Origin: Caulobacteraceae bacterium
Lineage (GTDB): Bacteria > Pseudomonadota > Alphaproteobacteria > Caulobacterales > Caulobacteraceae
DNA length: 64,000 nucleotides
Assembly (NCBI GenBank): GCA_947478785.1
Contig: CANJXI010000006.1
Location: forward strand, 14,961 to 78,960
Reading direction: 5' to 3'
Below, piece after piece: positions 9,907-20,177 of the stretch. The stretch's first letter is position 1, and each line of letters begins with the position of its first letter. The position numbers and the translations under genes are program-made. The notes beneath the pieces were generated by a model. That model saw only the letters and a program-made list of their open reading frames with translations, was not told the origin of the DNA and made no database searches.

Positions 9907-11496
9907 CTAACGGCCGGCCCTCGTCTGGGCTCCGCCGCCGGCCGCGCCGCCGCCGGGCGGTCCGCCGAAGCCGGCGCGCGCCTGGAGCTTGGGCTTGGGG
10001 CCGCCGCCGGTGATCACCTGGTCGCCGGGCTTCAGGGGCCCCACGATCTCGGTGCTGGTCCCGTCGCTGGCGCCGACGCGCACCGCCACGGGCTTGGGCT
10101 TGCCGTCAGCGTCGAGGGTGTAGACCACGCCGCCCTTCATGCCGCCGCTGGCGCCCTGGGCCAGGGTGGCGCGCAGCGCCGCCAGCTTGGTCTTCTGCGC
10201 CGGCTTCAGCAGGGGCTCGAGTCTGGCGAAGGATTCTTCGCTGATCTTGCGCATGGCCTGACGGACCTGGCTGCGGTCGCCGCCGGACGCGGCGAAGGCG
10301 GCCATCATCTTGGGTCGCTGCTCGGCCTCGATAGCCTGCCAGGCCGTCTTCTGCGCGGCCTCGAGGTCCAGTTGATCGACGATGTTCGCCATGCCGCCGG
10401 CGCGCTGGCCGCCGGGCTGGGTGCGTGGCGGCCCGCCGCCGAAGCCCGGCCCGCCGCCAAACCCGCCGCCGCCGAAGCCGCCGCCGACCGCAGCCTGGCC
10501 CTTCTCAGGTGGCGGGGTCCAGCGCAGGGCCGCCGCCGGCGCCTTCAGGACGTTGGGGTGCGTCTCGATGACGATATCGGCGTTGGCGGTCATCCCGGGC
10601 AGGAGCTTCGAGTGGGGATTGTCCGCCTCGGCGATCACGGTGTAGGCGACCACGTTCTGCTCGGTGGTCGGCTGCTTGCGGACCTGGGTCACCACGCCCT
10701 CGAAGGTGTCGTCGGGGTAGGCGTCCACCGTGAAGCGCATCGTCTGGCCTTCCCGCACCTGGCCGACGTCGGCCTCGTCGACGCTGATCTTCACCTGCAC
10801 CTTGGAGAGGTCCTGGGCGATGGTGAACAGCACCGGGGCCTGCAGGCTGGCGGCCACGGTGTTGCCCGGCTGCACCTTGCGGTCGACGACGATGCCGGCG
10901 ATGGGCGCCACGATGGTGGTGCGGGCAAGGTCCACCTGCTGGCTGCGCAGCGCCGCGCGGGACTGGGCGATGCGGGCCTGGGCGGACGCGACGTTGGCCT
11001 GGGCCACCCGATAGGCGGCGGTGGCGGCGTCGAGCACCGAGGGCGAATAGATCCCCTGGGCGACCAGCGTCTTCTTGCGGTCGTAGTCGGCCCTGGCGTT
11101 GGCGACCTGGGCCTGGGCCTGGGCGAGGGCGGCCGCGCCCGCCTGCACGTCCGCCTGGCTGGAGGCGACGCGGGTCTGGTAGGTCTGGGGATCGAGGGTC
11201 GCCATCACCTGGCCCTTCCTGACCTCGTCGTTGAAATCCACCAGGACCTGCTGCAGCTGGCCGGAGATCTGGGAGCCGACATCGACCGTGATCAGCGCCT
11301 GCAGCGAGCCCGAGGCCGAGACCGTCTTGGTGATCGCGCCCCGTTCGACGCTGGCCGTTCGATAGGGGTCCTTCACGGGCTTTGGCCGCATCTGGCAGGC
11401 GACTACGGCCACCACGATCATGGCGACCACGCCCAGCGCAACCATCAACGGCCGCGATAGGGGAAACGGTCGCCGGGTCGTCGGTTTCTGGCTCAT
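9907..11496 (-). CDS. Periplasmic adaptor (MacA/HlyD family) subunit
   Basis: N-terminal TM, VDVGSQISG lipoyl-like segment, coiled coil, APIAGIVV, VDEADVGQV; Gly-rich and helical insertion near the C-terminus. Confidence 0.92.
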   Translation of the reverse strand: MSQKPTTRRPFPLSRPLMVALGVVAMIVVAVVACQMRPKPVKDPYRTASVERGAITKTVSASGSLQALITVDVGSQISGQLQQVLVDFNDEVRKGQVMATLDPQTYQTRVASSQADVQAGAAALAQAQAQVANARADYDRKKTLVAQGIYSPSVLDAATAAYRVAQANVASAQARIAQSRAALRSQQVDLARTTIVAPIAGIVVDRKVQPGNTVAASLQAPVLFTIAQDLSKVQVKISVDEADVGQVREGQTMRFTVDAYPDDTFEGVVTQVRKQPTTEQNVVAYTVIAEADNPHSKLLPGMTANADIVIETHPNVLKAPAAALRWTPPPEKGQAAVGGGFGGGGFGGGPGFGGGPPRTQPGGQRAGGMANIVDQLDLEAAQKTAWQAIEAEQRPKMMAAFAASGGDRSQVRQAMRKISEESFARLEPLLKPAQKTKLAALRATLAQGASGGMKGGVVYTLDADGKPKPVAVRVGASDGTSTEIVGPLKPGDQVITGGGPKPKLQARAGFGGPPGGGAAGGGAQTRAGR

Positions 11497-11595
11497 TCTC
11501 GGGTCCGGCCTCTGGTTCTGCGGTCAAGCTTCTCAACGAACGGCGTTGCGCCGTGATTTCACGGTCCGGCCGGACTCTTGCGGGCGCGCAATATC

Positions 11596-12942
11596 CTAAA
11601 GGGGAAGCTGGACCCGGGCCGTCAGCCCGCCGCCGACGCGGTTCACCAGATCGACGTCGCCGCCGTGGCCGCGCGCGATGGAGCGGACCACGGCCAGACC
11701 CAGGCCGATGCCGCCGGTCTGGCGGCTGCGGGACGGCTCGCGCCGATAGAAGGGTTCGAACACCCGCTCGCGGTCCGAGGCCGGGATGCCGGGGCCGTCG
11801 TCCTCGATCTCGACGAAGGCGTTGGTGGCGTCCCGGAACACCCGCGTGCGCGCCCGGCCGCCGAACTTCACGGCGTTCTCCAGCAGGTTGGAGAACAGCC
11901 GCCGCAGGGCCATCGGGTCGCCGTCAAGCACCACCTTCTCGCCGGACTCCACCTCGGTGGCGGCTCCGGTCTCGGCCATCTCGTCGCACAGGCTTTCCAG
12001 CAGGGACGAGAGCTCCAGCGGGGTGCGCTCGCCCGGCCGGCTGGCGTCGCGCACGAAGGTGAGCGCGGCGGCGATCATCTCCTCCATCTGGTCGATGTCG
12101 GCGCACATCTTGGTGTGCTGTTCGTCGGGCAGGTTCTCGATTCGGAAACGCAGGCGGGTCAGCGGCGTGCGCAGGTCGTGGGCGATCGCGGCCACCATCG
12201 CCGTGCGGTCCTCGACATAGCGGCGCAGGCGCTCCTGCATGTCGTTGAACGCCTTCACCGCGACGCCAACCTCGGCCGGGCCCGCTGGTCCTGTCAGCTC
12301 AAGCGGCTCGGCGCGTGGATCGCGGCCCAGCCGCTCCGCGGCGTCGGCGAACAGGCGGATGGGCGCGGCCAGCCGGCGGGCGAAGATATAGGTGACCGGC
12401 GCCATCGCCAGGACCGTCAGCACGAACCACAGCACCAGCCGCTCCTGCCACGGGCTGAGTCCGAAGGCCGCCTGCGGCCGCACGATCGTCCAGCGGCCGT
12501 CGGCCCGCCGCACCCCGACCTCGAAGGGCGCCACCAGGAAATGTTCCTCCTGCACGCCTTCGCGGGCGATGCGCTCATGGAGGGTCCGGAAAGCGCGACG
12601 GTCGGCGTAGGGACCAGGATCGGTGGCGATGACGATGTTCTGGATGGGAACACCGATGTCCTGCGCTATGCGCGCGCGGATGCGCGGCGCCTGCCGGCCT
12701 TCCATGGCCGGACCGGGGGGCCGGTCACTCTGCTTGGCCTGCAGGGGCTGGCGCTCGGTGAAGGTTTGCGCGCCCCCTCGGAACGCCTGCTCGATCTCGG
12801 TCAGGCGATAGAAGTCGGGTGCGGGCGGGGGCAGGTTGAAGATCAGCAGCAGACTGATGACGTTGCCGGCCACCAGCGTCAGGCCCGTCAGCTTCAGCAG
12901 CTGGACAAACAGCGATGCGCTCGGCCGCCGGGCGGTGCTCAT
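11596..12942 (-). CDS. Sensor histidine kinase (HAMP, EnvZ/CpxA-like)
   Basis: Two TMs, HAMP, H-box AIAHDLRTPL, NLLENA, DDGPGI, GIGLGL. Confidence 0.95.
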   Translation of the reverse strand: MSTARRPSASLFVQLLKLTGLTLVAGNVISLLLIFNLPPPAPDFYRLTEIEQAFRGGAQTFTERQPLQAKQSDRPPGPAMEGRQAPRIRARIAQDIGVPIQNIVIATDPGPYADRRAFRTLHERIAREGVQEEHFLVAPFEVGVRRADGRWTIVRPQAAFGLSPWQERLVLWFVLTVLAMAPVTYIFARRLAAPIRLFADAAERLGRDPRAEPLELTGPAGPAEVGVAVKAFNDMQERLRRYVEDRTAMVAAIAHDLRTPLTRLRFRIENLPDEQHTKMCADIDQMEEMIAAALTFVRDASRPGERTPLELSSLLESLCDEMAETGAATEVESGEKVVLDGDPMALRRLFSNLLENAVKFGGRARTRVFRDATNAFVEIEDDGPGIPASDRERVFEPFYRREPSRSRQTGGIGLGLAVVRSIARGHGGDVDLVNRVGGGLTARVQLPL

Positions 12943-12979
12943 CCCGCTGGCCTCCCGATCGCGGCCTGGAGGGGAAGCG

Positions 12980-13696
12980 TCACGAGCGTTTGACCTTGGC
13001 CGTGAACATATAGCCCTCGTTGCGGATCGTGCGGATCAGTTCGTGGCCGCCGCCGCCATCGTCCAGCTTACGCCGAAGGCGGCTGATCTGCACGTCTATG
13101 GCGCGGTCGAAGGCGTCGGAGTCGGGGCCACGGGCGAATTCCAGCAACTGGTCGCGCGTGAGGACCCGCTGCGGCCGCTCCACGAAGGCCCTGAGCAGGC
13201 CGAATTCGCCGGACGAGAGGTTCACCACCACCCCCTGTGGCGAGCGCAGTTCTCGGCGAACCAGGTCGAGGCGCCAGCCGGCGAACTCACAGCCGGCGCT
13301 GACGCCCGAGGCGGTGCGCTGCTCGGCCCGGCGCAGCACGGCGCGCACCCGGGCCAGCAGTTCACGCGGATTGCAGGGCTTGGCCAGGTAGTCGTCGGCG
13401 CCCAGCTCCAGGCCCACGATCCGGTCGGTGTCCTCGCCCATGGCCGAGAGCATGATGATCGAGGGACCACCTTCGCCGGTGGCCAGCCGCCGGCAGATCG
13501 CCAGGCCGTCCTCACCGGGCAGCATGACGTCCAGCACGATCAGGTCGACGGGGCCGCGCTCCAGCGCGCTCTCCATCTCGGAGGCGTCGCCGGCGGTTTC
13601 CACCCGATAGCCGTGCTTGCCCAGGAAGTCCGAGACCAGGTCGCGGATGCCCGGGTCGTCATCGACCATCAGGATGCGGGCGCCCGCGGTGCTCAT
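12980..13696 (-). CDS. OmpR-family response regulator
   Basis: ILMVDDD, LDVMLPGEDG, GADDYLAKP, winged helix DRAIDVQISRLRRK; start trimmed to ATG 13696 (13714 alternative). Confidence 0.95.
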   Translation of the reverse strand: MSTAGARILMVDDDPGIRDLVSDFLGKHGYRVETAGDASEMESALERGPVDLIVLDVMLPGEDGLAICRRLATGEGGPSIIMLSAMGEDTDRIVGLELGADDYLAKPCNPRELLARVRAVLRRAEQRTASGVSAGCEFAGWRLDLVRRELRSPQGVVVNLSSGEFGLLRAFVERPQRVLTRDQLLEFARGPDSDAFDRAIDVQISRLRRKLDDGGGGHELIRTIRNEGYMFTAKVKRS

Positions 13697-13763
13697 GTCG
13701 ATCGATAGCTCCATGTCCGGGAACTTGGACTCGCCGCGTAACCGTCGGATTGCACGCTTGAAA

Positions 13764-14450
13764 TCACCGCTTGGCCAGGATCGTGTCGGCGACGAACGGA
13801 TTGGTCCGCCGTTCCTGGCCGAAACTCGACATCGGCCCATGCCCCGGCACGAATCGCACGCCGTCCCCGAGCGGCCAGAGCCGGGTGGTGATGGCGGTGA
13901 TCAGGTCGGCGTGGTTGCTGCGCGGGAAATCGGTCCGACCGATGGAGCCCTGGAACAGCACATCGCCCACTTGGGCCAGCTGCGCCTGGCGGTGGAAGAA
14001 TATCACATGGCCCGGCGTATGGCCCGGGCAGTGGTAGACCTCGAATTCCGTCTCGCCGAGCGTGACCGTGTCGCCGTCCCGCAGCCACCGGTCCGGGGTG
14101 AAGCCACGCGCCTCCGGCATGCCCCAGGTCGCGCCCTGGGCGTCGATCTGGTCGATCCAGAAGGCGTCGTCCGGATGCGGACCCTCGATGGGGACCCCGG
14201 TGGCCGCCTGCAGTTCGGCCGCGCCGCCGGCATGGTCCAGGTGGCCGTGGGTGATCCAGATCTTCTCCAGGGTGAGGCCGTGTTCCTGCAGCGCCTCCAG
14301 CAGGCGGGGGACCTCGCCGCCGGGATCGATGATCGCGGCCTTCAGGGTCCTGGCGCACCAGACGATGGTGCAGTTCTGCTGCAGCGGTGTCACCGGCGCC
14401 ACCACGGCGCGGATCGGGAGCGGGGGCGTCGGCGCGTTCATCGGCTCCAT
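13764..14450 (-). CDS. MBL-fold metallo-hydrolase (glyoxalase II-like)
   Basis: THGHLDH, PGHTPGH, GDVLF, PGHG motifs. Confidence 0.93.
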   Translation of the reverse strand: MEPMNAPTPPLPIRAVVAPVTPLQQNCTIVWCARTLKAAIIDPGGEVPRLLEALQEHGLTLEKIWITHGHLDHAGGAAELQAATGVPIEGPHPDDAFWIDQIDAQGATWGMPEARGFTPDRWLRDGDTVTLGETEFEVYHCPGHTPGHVIFFHRQAQLAQVGDVLFQGSIGRTDFPRSNHADLITAITTRLWPLGDGVRFVPGHGPMSSFGQERRTNPFVADTILAKR

Positions 14451-14548
14451 GATCGTGTTTCGGCTCGGGAAAGGGAAGGGGCCGCGCCTGGATGGAGCCG
14501 ATCTTCCATGTCAGGCTTCGCCGCAACGCGGAACGAGGAGGCCTCACG

Positions 14549-15172
14549 ATGGACCAGGCGATCGCCGATGTGCTCGCGATCTACGACGCGCGCATGGCTG
14601 ATGACATGCGGAAGATGAAGGCGGCGCGCGACGGCCAGGCCAGTTTCGACGAGGTGCGCGATCAGGTCCTGCTGGCCGTGGGGCCGGAGACCGGGCGGCT
14701 GATCAACATCCTGGCCAGGGGCATGACGGCGCCGACGATCCTCGAGCTCGGCACCTCCTATGGCTATTCGGGGATCTGGCTGGCCGAGGCGGCCAGGGCC
14801 AGCGGCGGGCGGCTGATCACCATGGAGAAGGCCGACTACAAGGCGAACTACGCCCGCGAGATGTCGGTGAAGGCGGGCCTGGCCGACCATGTCGACTTCC
14901 GGGTCGGCGACGCGGTGCAGATGATCCGCGACCTGCCGCATGGCGTCGACTTCGTGCTCGTCGACCTCTGGAAGGACCTCTACGTCCCCTGCCTGGAGGC
15001 CTTCTATCCCAAGCTCAACCCGGGCGCGGTCATCGTCGCCGACAACATGCGCCAGCCCGATCCGGTCGAGGCCGCCAAGTACCAGGCCGCCGTCCGCGCC
15101 ATGCCGAAGATGACCAGCATCCCCGTTCCGGTTGGCTCCGGGCTCGAGATCAGCCGGTTCGACGCTGCCTGA
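14549..15172 (+). CDS. Class I SAM-dependent O-methyltransferase
   Basis: ILELGTSYGYSGIWLA motif I; RBS GAGGAG before ATG 14549. Confidence 0.88.
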   Translation: MDQAIADVLAIYDARMADDMRKMKAARDGQASFDEVRDQVLLAVGPETGRLINILARGMTAPTILELGTSYGYSGIWLAEAARASGGRLITMEKADYKANYAREMSVKAGLADHVDFRVGDAVQMIRDLPHGVDFVLVDLWKDLYVPCLEAFYPKLNPGAVIVADNMRQPDPVEAAKYQAAVRAMPKMTSIPVPVGSGLEISRFDAA

Positions 15173-15189
15173 TCAAGAACTTTGGCTGA

Positions 15190-16767
15190 TCAGGCGTGAC
15201 CGTCGCCGATACCCTTGGCGATGGCCTGTTCGGGTCCGGGACCGGCGCCCTGGTCGTCGTCGATCTGGGCCAGGCCCTGGCCCATCCGCGAGTTGCGGTA
15301 GCCGTAGCCCGCGTAGATCAGCGCCCCCAGCACCAGGTAGCCGCCCAGCAGCGAGGCCGGGATCGGGTCGCCGTGCGTGGCCTTCTGCACCATGTCGAGC
15401 AGCAGCGGCGCGATCATCACCAGGGCGAAGAAGATGCCCAGGATCGGCGTGACAACCCCGAAGGGGGCAGTGAACGGCCGCTCCAGGTTCGGGTGCGTCT
15501 TGCGCAGGCGCATCACACTGATGCAGACGATGGCGAAGGCCGTGGCCGTGCCCAGGCTGACCAGGTCGCCGAGAATCTCGATCGGCAGCATCGCGGCGGC
15601 CAGCGCGATGACGCACCCCAGCACCAGGGTGCCGATCCACGGCGTCCGGAATTTCTCGTGCAGGGTCGAGAAGAAGCGCGGCAGGAGGCCGTCGCGGGCC
15701 ATGGCGTAGAACACCCGCGTCTGGCCGTAGGTGAGGATCAGCATCACCGAGGTGAGGCCGGCCACGGCGCCGACCTTGATCAGGATCTGGAACCAGCCCA
15801 CGCCCATCCGGTCGACGGCGAGCGCGATGGGCGCGGCGACGCCCAGCTCGCGGAACGGCACGACGCCGGTCAGCACCGCGGCCACCGCCATGTAGATCAC
15901 CGTGCAGACGCCCAGCGATCCGAGGATGCCGACGGGGATGTCCTTCTGCGGGTTCTTGGCCTCCGCCGCGGCCGTCGAGACCGCCTCGAAGCCCACATAG
16001 GCGAAGAAGATCACCGAGGCCGCGCGGAACACGCCGGGCACCCCGTATTTGAACCCGCCTTCGTTGGGCGGGATGAAGGGATGCCAGTTGTCGACATTGA
16101 TGAAGCCGATGCCGAAGCCGATGAACAGCAGCAGCACGCCCACCTTGATGAACACGATGACATTGTTCACCGAAGCGGACTCCGAGACGCCCAGCACCAG
16201 CAGACCGGTGACTCCCAGGATACCCAGCGCGCCCAGCAGGTTGAAGCCGCCGCTGGCCACGAAGGTGAGTCCGCCCGGGCTCTGCACCGCCTTGATGAAG
16301 GAGGTCGTGAGGTCCGGCGGTATCGCCAGGCCGAAGTTGGCCAGCAGGCTCACCACATTGCCCGACCAGCCGGCCGCCACCGTCGAGGCCGCGACACCGT
16401 ATTCGAGCACCAGCAGCCACCCCATCACCCAGGCGAACAGCTCGCCCAGCGTCGTGTAGCTGTAGGTGTAGGCCGAGCCCGCCACCGGCATGGTCGACGC
16501 CAGCTCGGCGTAGCAGAGCCCCGCAAACACGCAGGCGAAGAAGGCCACCACGAAGGAGAGCATCACCGCCGGGCCGGCGAAATTGGCCGCCGCGTTGCCG
16601 GTCATCACATAGATCCCGGCCCCGATGATGCAGCCGATCCCCAGCAGCACCAGGTTCCAGGCGCCCAGGGTGCGCTTCAGCCGGTGGGTCTGCGATTCCC
16701 GCTGCACCTGTTCGATGGATTTCCGGATGAAGAGCCTGTGCCCGCGCGGTGCGGCGTCTGCGCTCAT
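15190..16767 (-). CDS. Amino acid permease (APC family)
   Basis: GIGCIIGAGIY, CYAELAS, AGSAYTY, FFAYVGFEAVSTAAAEAKNP. Confidence 0.95.
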   Translation of the reverse strand: MSADAAPRGHRLFIRKSIEQVQRESQTHRLKRTLGAWNLVLLGIGCIIGAGIYVMTGNAAANFAGPAVMLSFVVAFFACVFAGLCYAELASTMPVAGSAYTYSYTTLGELFAWVMGWLLVLEYGVAASTVAAGWSGNVVSLLANFGLAIPPDLTTSFIKAVQSPGGLTFVASGGFNLLGALGILGVTGLLVLGVSESASVNNVIVFIKVGVLLLFIGFGIGFINVDNWHPFIPPNEGGFKYGVPGVFRAASVIFFAYVGFEAVSTAAAEAKNPQKDIPVGILGSLGVCTVIYMAVAAVLTGVVPFRELGVAAPIALAVDRMGVGWFQILIKVGAVAGLTSVMLILTYGQTRVFYAMARDGLLPRFFSTLHEKFRTPWIGTLVLGCVIALAAAMLPIEILGDLVSLGTATAFAIVCISVMRLRKTHPNLERPFTAPFGVVTPILGIFFALVMIAPLLLDMVQKATHGDPIPASLLGGYLVLGALIYAGYGYRNSRMGQGLAQIDDDQGAGPGPEQAIAKGIGDGHA

Positions 16768-16896
16768 GAAGCTGGTCCCCCTGAGCCGGCGGTCGCGCCG
16801 GCCGGTTAAGTCTCGGCCCGGACGTTAGAGAGCGCCGCGCCCTTCGGCAACGCGGTTGCGTGACCCGGCCGGCGGGCGCGGCTAAGCCTGCCTGGC

Positions 16897-19329
16897 ATGC
16901 TGCCCGTCCACGACATCCTGCCGCGATTGAAGGCGGCGCTGGCCCAGCGCACGGCTGCCGTCCTGGTGGCCCCGCCGGGGGCCGGCAAGACCACGGTCGT
17001 GCCTCTGGAGCTCCTGGCCGAGCCGTGGGTGGGGCGGGGCAGGATCATCGTTCTGGAGCCCCGCAGGCTGGCCGCCCGCGCCGCGGCCGAACGGATGTCC
17101 AGGAGCCTGGGCGAGCCGGTCGGCCAGACCGTCGGCTATCGCGTACGCCTGCAGTCTCGCGTCTCGGCCGCCACCCGCATCGAGGTCGTGACCGAGGGCG
17201 TCTTCAGCCGCCAGATCCTTGCCGACCCGGAGCTCCGGGGCGTCGCCTGCGTGATCTTCGACGAGTTCCACGAACGCAGCCTGGACGCCGACCTGGGCCT
17301 GGCGCTGGCCCGGGACGCACAAGACTTGCTTCGCGAGGACCTGCGCCTGTTGGTCATGTCGGCGACGCTGGACGGCGCGGCGGTCGCCCGGCTGCTGGCC
17401 GATGCTCCGGTCATCGAGAGTCACGGCCGGGCTCATCCGGTGGTCACCCACTATCTCGGCCGTGACGAGCGCCTGCGCCTGGAGGACCGTGTGGTCCGCG
17501 CCGTCAAACGCGCCCTGGCCGAGGAGACCGGCGGCGTCCTCGTCTTCCTGCCGGGCCAGGGCGAGATCCTGCGCACCGCGGAACGGCTGGTCGAGCGCGC
17601 CCGCCCGAACGTCGAGATCGCCCCGCTCTACGGCGCGCTCGACCCGCGCGAACAGGACCGCGCTATCGCCGGCGCGCCGGCCGGCGCGCGCAAGGTGGTG
17701 CTGGCCACCTCCATCGCCGAAACCAGCCTGACCATCGAGGGTGTCCGCGTGGTGGTCGACGCCGGCCTGGCCCGCGTGCCCCGCTTCGATCCGGCCAGCG
17801 GCCTGACGCGGCTGGCCACCGTCCGCGTCTCCCGCGCCGCCGCCGACCAGCGGCGCGGCCGGGCCGGACGCACCGAGCCTGGCGTCTGCTACCGCCTGTG
17901 GGACGAGGCCGAGACCCGGGCGCTGCCGGCCTACGCCGATCCCGAGATCCTCGACGCCGACCTCTCGGGCCTGGCCCTCGACCTCGCCCGCTGGGGCGCC
18001 AGGGACGCCGCGAGCCTGGCGTTCCTCGATCCGCCCCCCGCTGCCGCCTTCGCCGAGGCCCGCGCCCTGCTCACCCGCCTGGAGGCGCTCAATCCCGACG
18101 GCGTGCTCACCGCCCACGGCCGCGCGCTGGCCGAGGTCCCGCTGCCGCCACGCCTGGCCCACATGGTCCTGAGGGCCGGCGAGACCGGCCAGGCCCCGCG
18201 CGCCGCCCGCATCGCCGCCCTCGTCACCGAGCGCAACCTCGGCGGCCGCGACGTCGACCTGCGCCATCGTCTGGACGCCTTCGGCCGCGACCGGGGGCCG
18301 CGCGCCCGTGACGCCAATGCGCTTGCCGATCGCTGGGCGCGCGCCGCAGGAGGCGCCGGAAAGGGCGAGCCCCTGTCCGACGGCCTGTTGCTCGCCTTCG
18401 CCTATCCCGAGCGAATCGCCCGGGCTCGTGGTCCGCGGGGCGAATTCCAGCTGGTCGGCGGGCGAGGCGCTTTCCTTGAGCCCACCGACGCTCTGGCCCG
18501 CGAGACCTGGCTGGCTGTGGCAGAGCTGGGCGGCGGCGATCGCCGCGACCGCATCCTGCTGGCCGCGCCCCTGGACGAGGCGGAACTTCTCTCAGCATTT
18601 GCGGGCCAACTGGAGACCGAGGACCACCTGGAGGAGAGCGGGGCAGGGCGGCTGCGCAGCCTTCAGCTGACTCGCCTCGGACGCATCGTCGTCCGAGAGT
18701 CCGTCGATGATAACCCGGATCCGGCACTGATCGCCAAGGCCCTGCTGGACCGCGTCCAGGCCGAGGGCATCGGTGTCCTGCCCTGGGGCCTCTCCGCCCA
18801 GACCCTGCGTCGCCGGATCGCCTTTCTTCGCCAGCGCGATCTCGCCTGGCCCGACCTCTCCGACGCGGGCCTAGCGGCGCGCCTTGACGATTGGCTCGGC
18901 GCATTGCTGCCAGGCGTCCGCAGCCTCGCGGCCCTCAAGCCCGACGCCCTGGAAGCCGCGCTCCGCGCCCTCATTCCCTGGGACGTCCAGCGCCGCCTCG
19001 ACGCCGAGGCGCCGGCCCGCTGGACCGCCCCCACGGGCAACAGCTTCGCCATCGACTACGCCGCCGAGGGCGGTCCCCGCGTCGAGGTGCGCGTGCAGGA
19101 GGTCTTCGGCCTCACCAGCCACCCCGCCGCCGCCGGCGTCCCGCTCACCTTCTCGCTGCTCTCGCCGGGCCACAAGCCGATCCAGACCACCAAGGACCTG
19201 CCGGGGTTCTGGAAAGGCTCCTGGAAGGATGTCCGCTCCGACATGCGCGGCCGCTACCCCAAGCACGTGTGGCCCGAAGACCCCTCGACCGCCGCCCCCA
19301 CCGCCCGCGCCAAGCCGCGCGGGACGTGA
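16897..19329 (+). CDS. hrpB: ATP-dependent helicase HrpB
   Basis: APPGAGKTT, DEFHERS, MSAT, QRRGRAGR, C-terminal LLSPGHKPIQTTKDLPGFWKGSW. Confidence 0.96.
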   Translation: MLPVHDILPRLKAALAQRTAAVLVAPPGAGKTTVVPLELLAEPWVGRGRIIVLEPRRLAARAAAERMSRSLGEPVGQTVGYRVRLQSRVSAATRIEVVTEGVFSRQILADPELRGVACVIFDEFHERSLDADLGLALARDAQDLLREDLRLLVMSATLDGAAVARLLADAPVIESHGRAHPVVTHYLGRDERLRLEDRVVRAVKRALAEETGGVLVFLPGQGEILRTAERLVERARPNVEIAPLYGALDPREQDRAIAGAPAGARKVVLATSIAETSLTIEGVRVVVDAGLARVPRFDPASGLTRLATVRVSRAAADQRRGRAGRTEPGVCYRLWDEAETRALPAYADPEILDADLSGLALDLARWGARDAASLAFLDPPPAAAFAEARALLTRLEALNPDGVLTAHGRALAEVPLPPRLAHMVLRAGETGQAPRAARIAALVTERNLGGRDVDLRHRLDAFGRDRGPRARDANALADRWARAAGGAGKGEPLSDGLLLAFAYPERIARARGPRGEFQLVGGRGAFLEPTDALARETWLAVAELGGGDRRDRILLAAPLDEAELLSAFAGQLETEDHLEESGAGRLRSLQLTRLGRIVVRESVDDNPDPALIAKALLDRVQAEGIGVLPWGLSAQTLRRRIAFLRQRDLAWPDLSDAGLAARLDDWLGALLPGVRSLAALKPDALEAALRALIPWDVQRRLDAEAPARWTAPTGNSFAIDYAAEGGPRVEVRVQEVFGLTSHPAAAGVPLTFSLLSPGHKPIQTTKDLPGFWKGSWKDVRSDMRGRYPKHVWPEDPSTAAPTARAKPRGT

Positions 19330-19338
19330 ATGCAAAAA

Positions 19339-19360
19339 TCCTCCCTCGCAATGCGGGGGA
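19339..19360. terminator. GC hairpin between convergent hrpB and the TrmH-family gene (REP-like or bidirectional terminator)
   Basis: TCCCTCGC-AAT-GCGGGGGA stem with one G-U pair; resembles the element at 50919-50940. Confidence 0.45.
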
Positions 19361-19385
19361 TGAATGGATTGGAGCGAGCGGCCTC

Positions 19386-20177
19386 TTACGCCGTCGCCGC
19401 GTAGATCATCACACCCGTGGCCACTGACAGGTTCAGGCTGTCGGCGCGGCCGCGCATGGGGATCTTGACGTTGACGTCGCAGAGTTCGGCCATCTCGGGC
19501 GGCAGGCCCTGCTGTTCGTTGCCCATGAGGATCAGGGTCGGCCGGGCGTAGGCGGCTTCACTGTGGGCGGTCCGGGCCGATAGCAGCGTGCCCACCACCG
19601 AGCCCGGCCAGGCCCCCCGCCAGGCCGCGAACCGGGCCTCGTCGGCCTTGATCAGGGGAACCGCGAAGATCGAGCCCATGGTCGCGCGCACCGCCTCCAC
19701 CGAATAGGGATCGCAGCATTCGCCCACCAGGATCACTCCCCCGCAGCCGGCGGCGTCGGCGGTGCGGACGATGGTCCCCAGGTTGCCCGGGTCGCGCACC
19801 CGGTGCAGCGCCACCCAGCAGGGCGCGGCCTGCGGCTCGACCGTCTCCAGGGGCTGGAAGACCTGTTCGAAGACGCCCACCACGGCCTGCGGGTTGTCGC
19901 GCCGCGAGACCTTGGCGAGGATGTCCTGCGTCACCTCGATGACCTGACCTCGGCCCGCGCGCGTCGCCTCCACCGCCCGCTGCAGCAGCGGATGGCCGGC
20001 GGCGTCCGCCCCGTACAGCACGATCTTAGGCGCATGGCCGGTGTCGACGCCCTCGATGACGGTCTTCAGGCCCTCGGCTACGAACAGGCCCGTCCCGTCG
20101 CGTTCCTTGCGCAGGTGCAGCGCGCGGACCGCCTTCACCGTCGCATTCGACAGCGAGGTGATCGTGTGGACGCTCAC
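19386..20177 (-). CDS. TrmH/SpoU family RNA methyltransferase
   Basis: RDPGNLGTIVRTADAAG, MGNEQQGL, DSLNLSVATG; GTG 20177 overlaps the upstream stop (GTGA). Confidence 0.93.
   Translation of the reverse strand: MSVHTITSLSNATVKAVRALHLRKERDGTGLFVAEGLKTVIEGVDTGHAPKIVLYGADAAGHPLLQRAVEATRAGRGQVIEVTQDILAKVSRRDNPQAVVGVFEQVFQPLETVEPQAAPCWVALHRVRDPGNLGTIVRTADAAGCGGVILVGECCDPYSVEAVRATMGSIFAVPLIKADEARFAAWRGAWPGSVVGTLLSARTAHSEAAYARPTLILMGNEQQGLPPEMAELCDVNVKIPMRGRADSLNLSVATGVMIYAATA

Noticed and set aside
9229-11460. 743-aa plus-strand ORF, and similar long ORFs such as 43785-45785, 49107-50873, 60407-62044, 62319-63716 and 15196-16809
   Set aside because: Antisense shadows of well-supported genes, expected in high-GC DNA; no motifs of their own.
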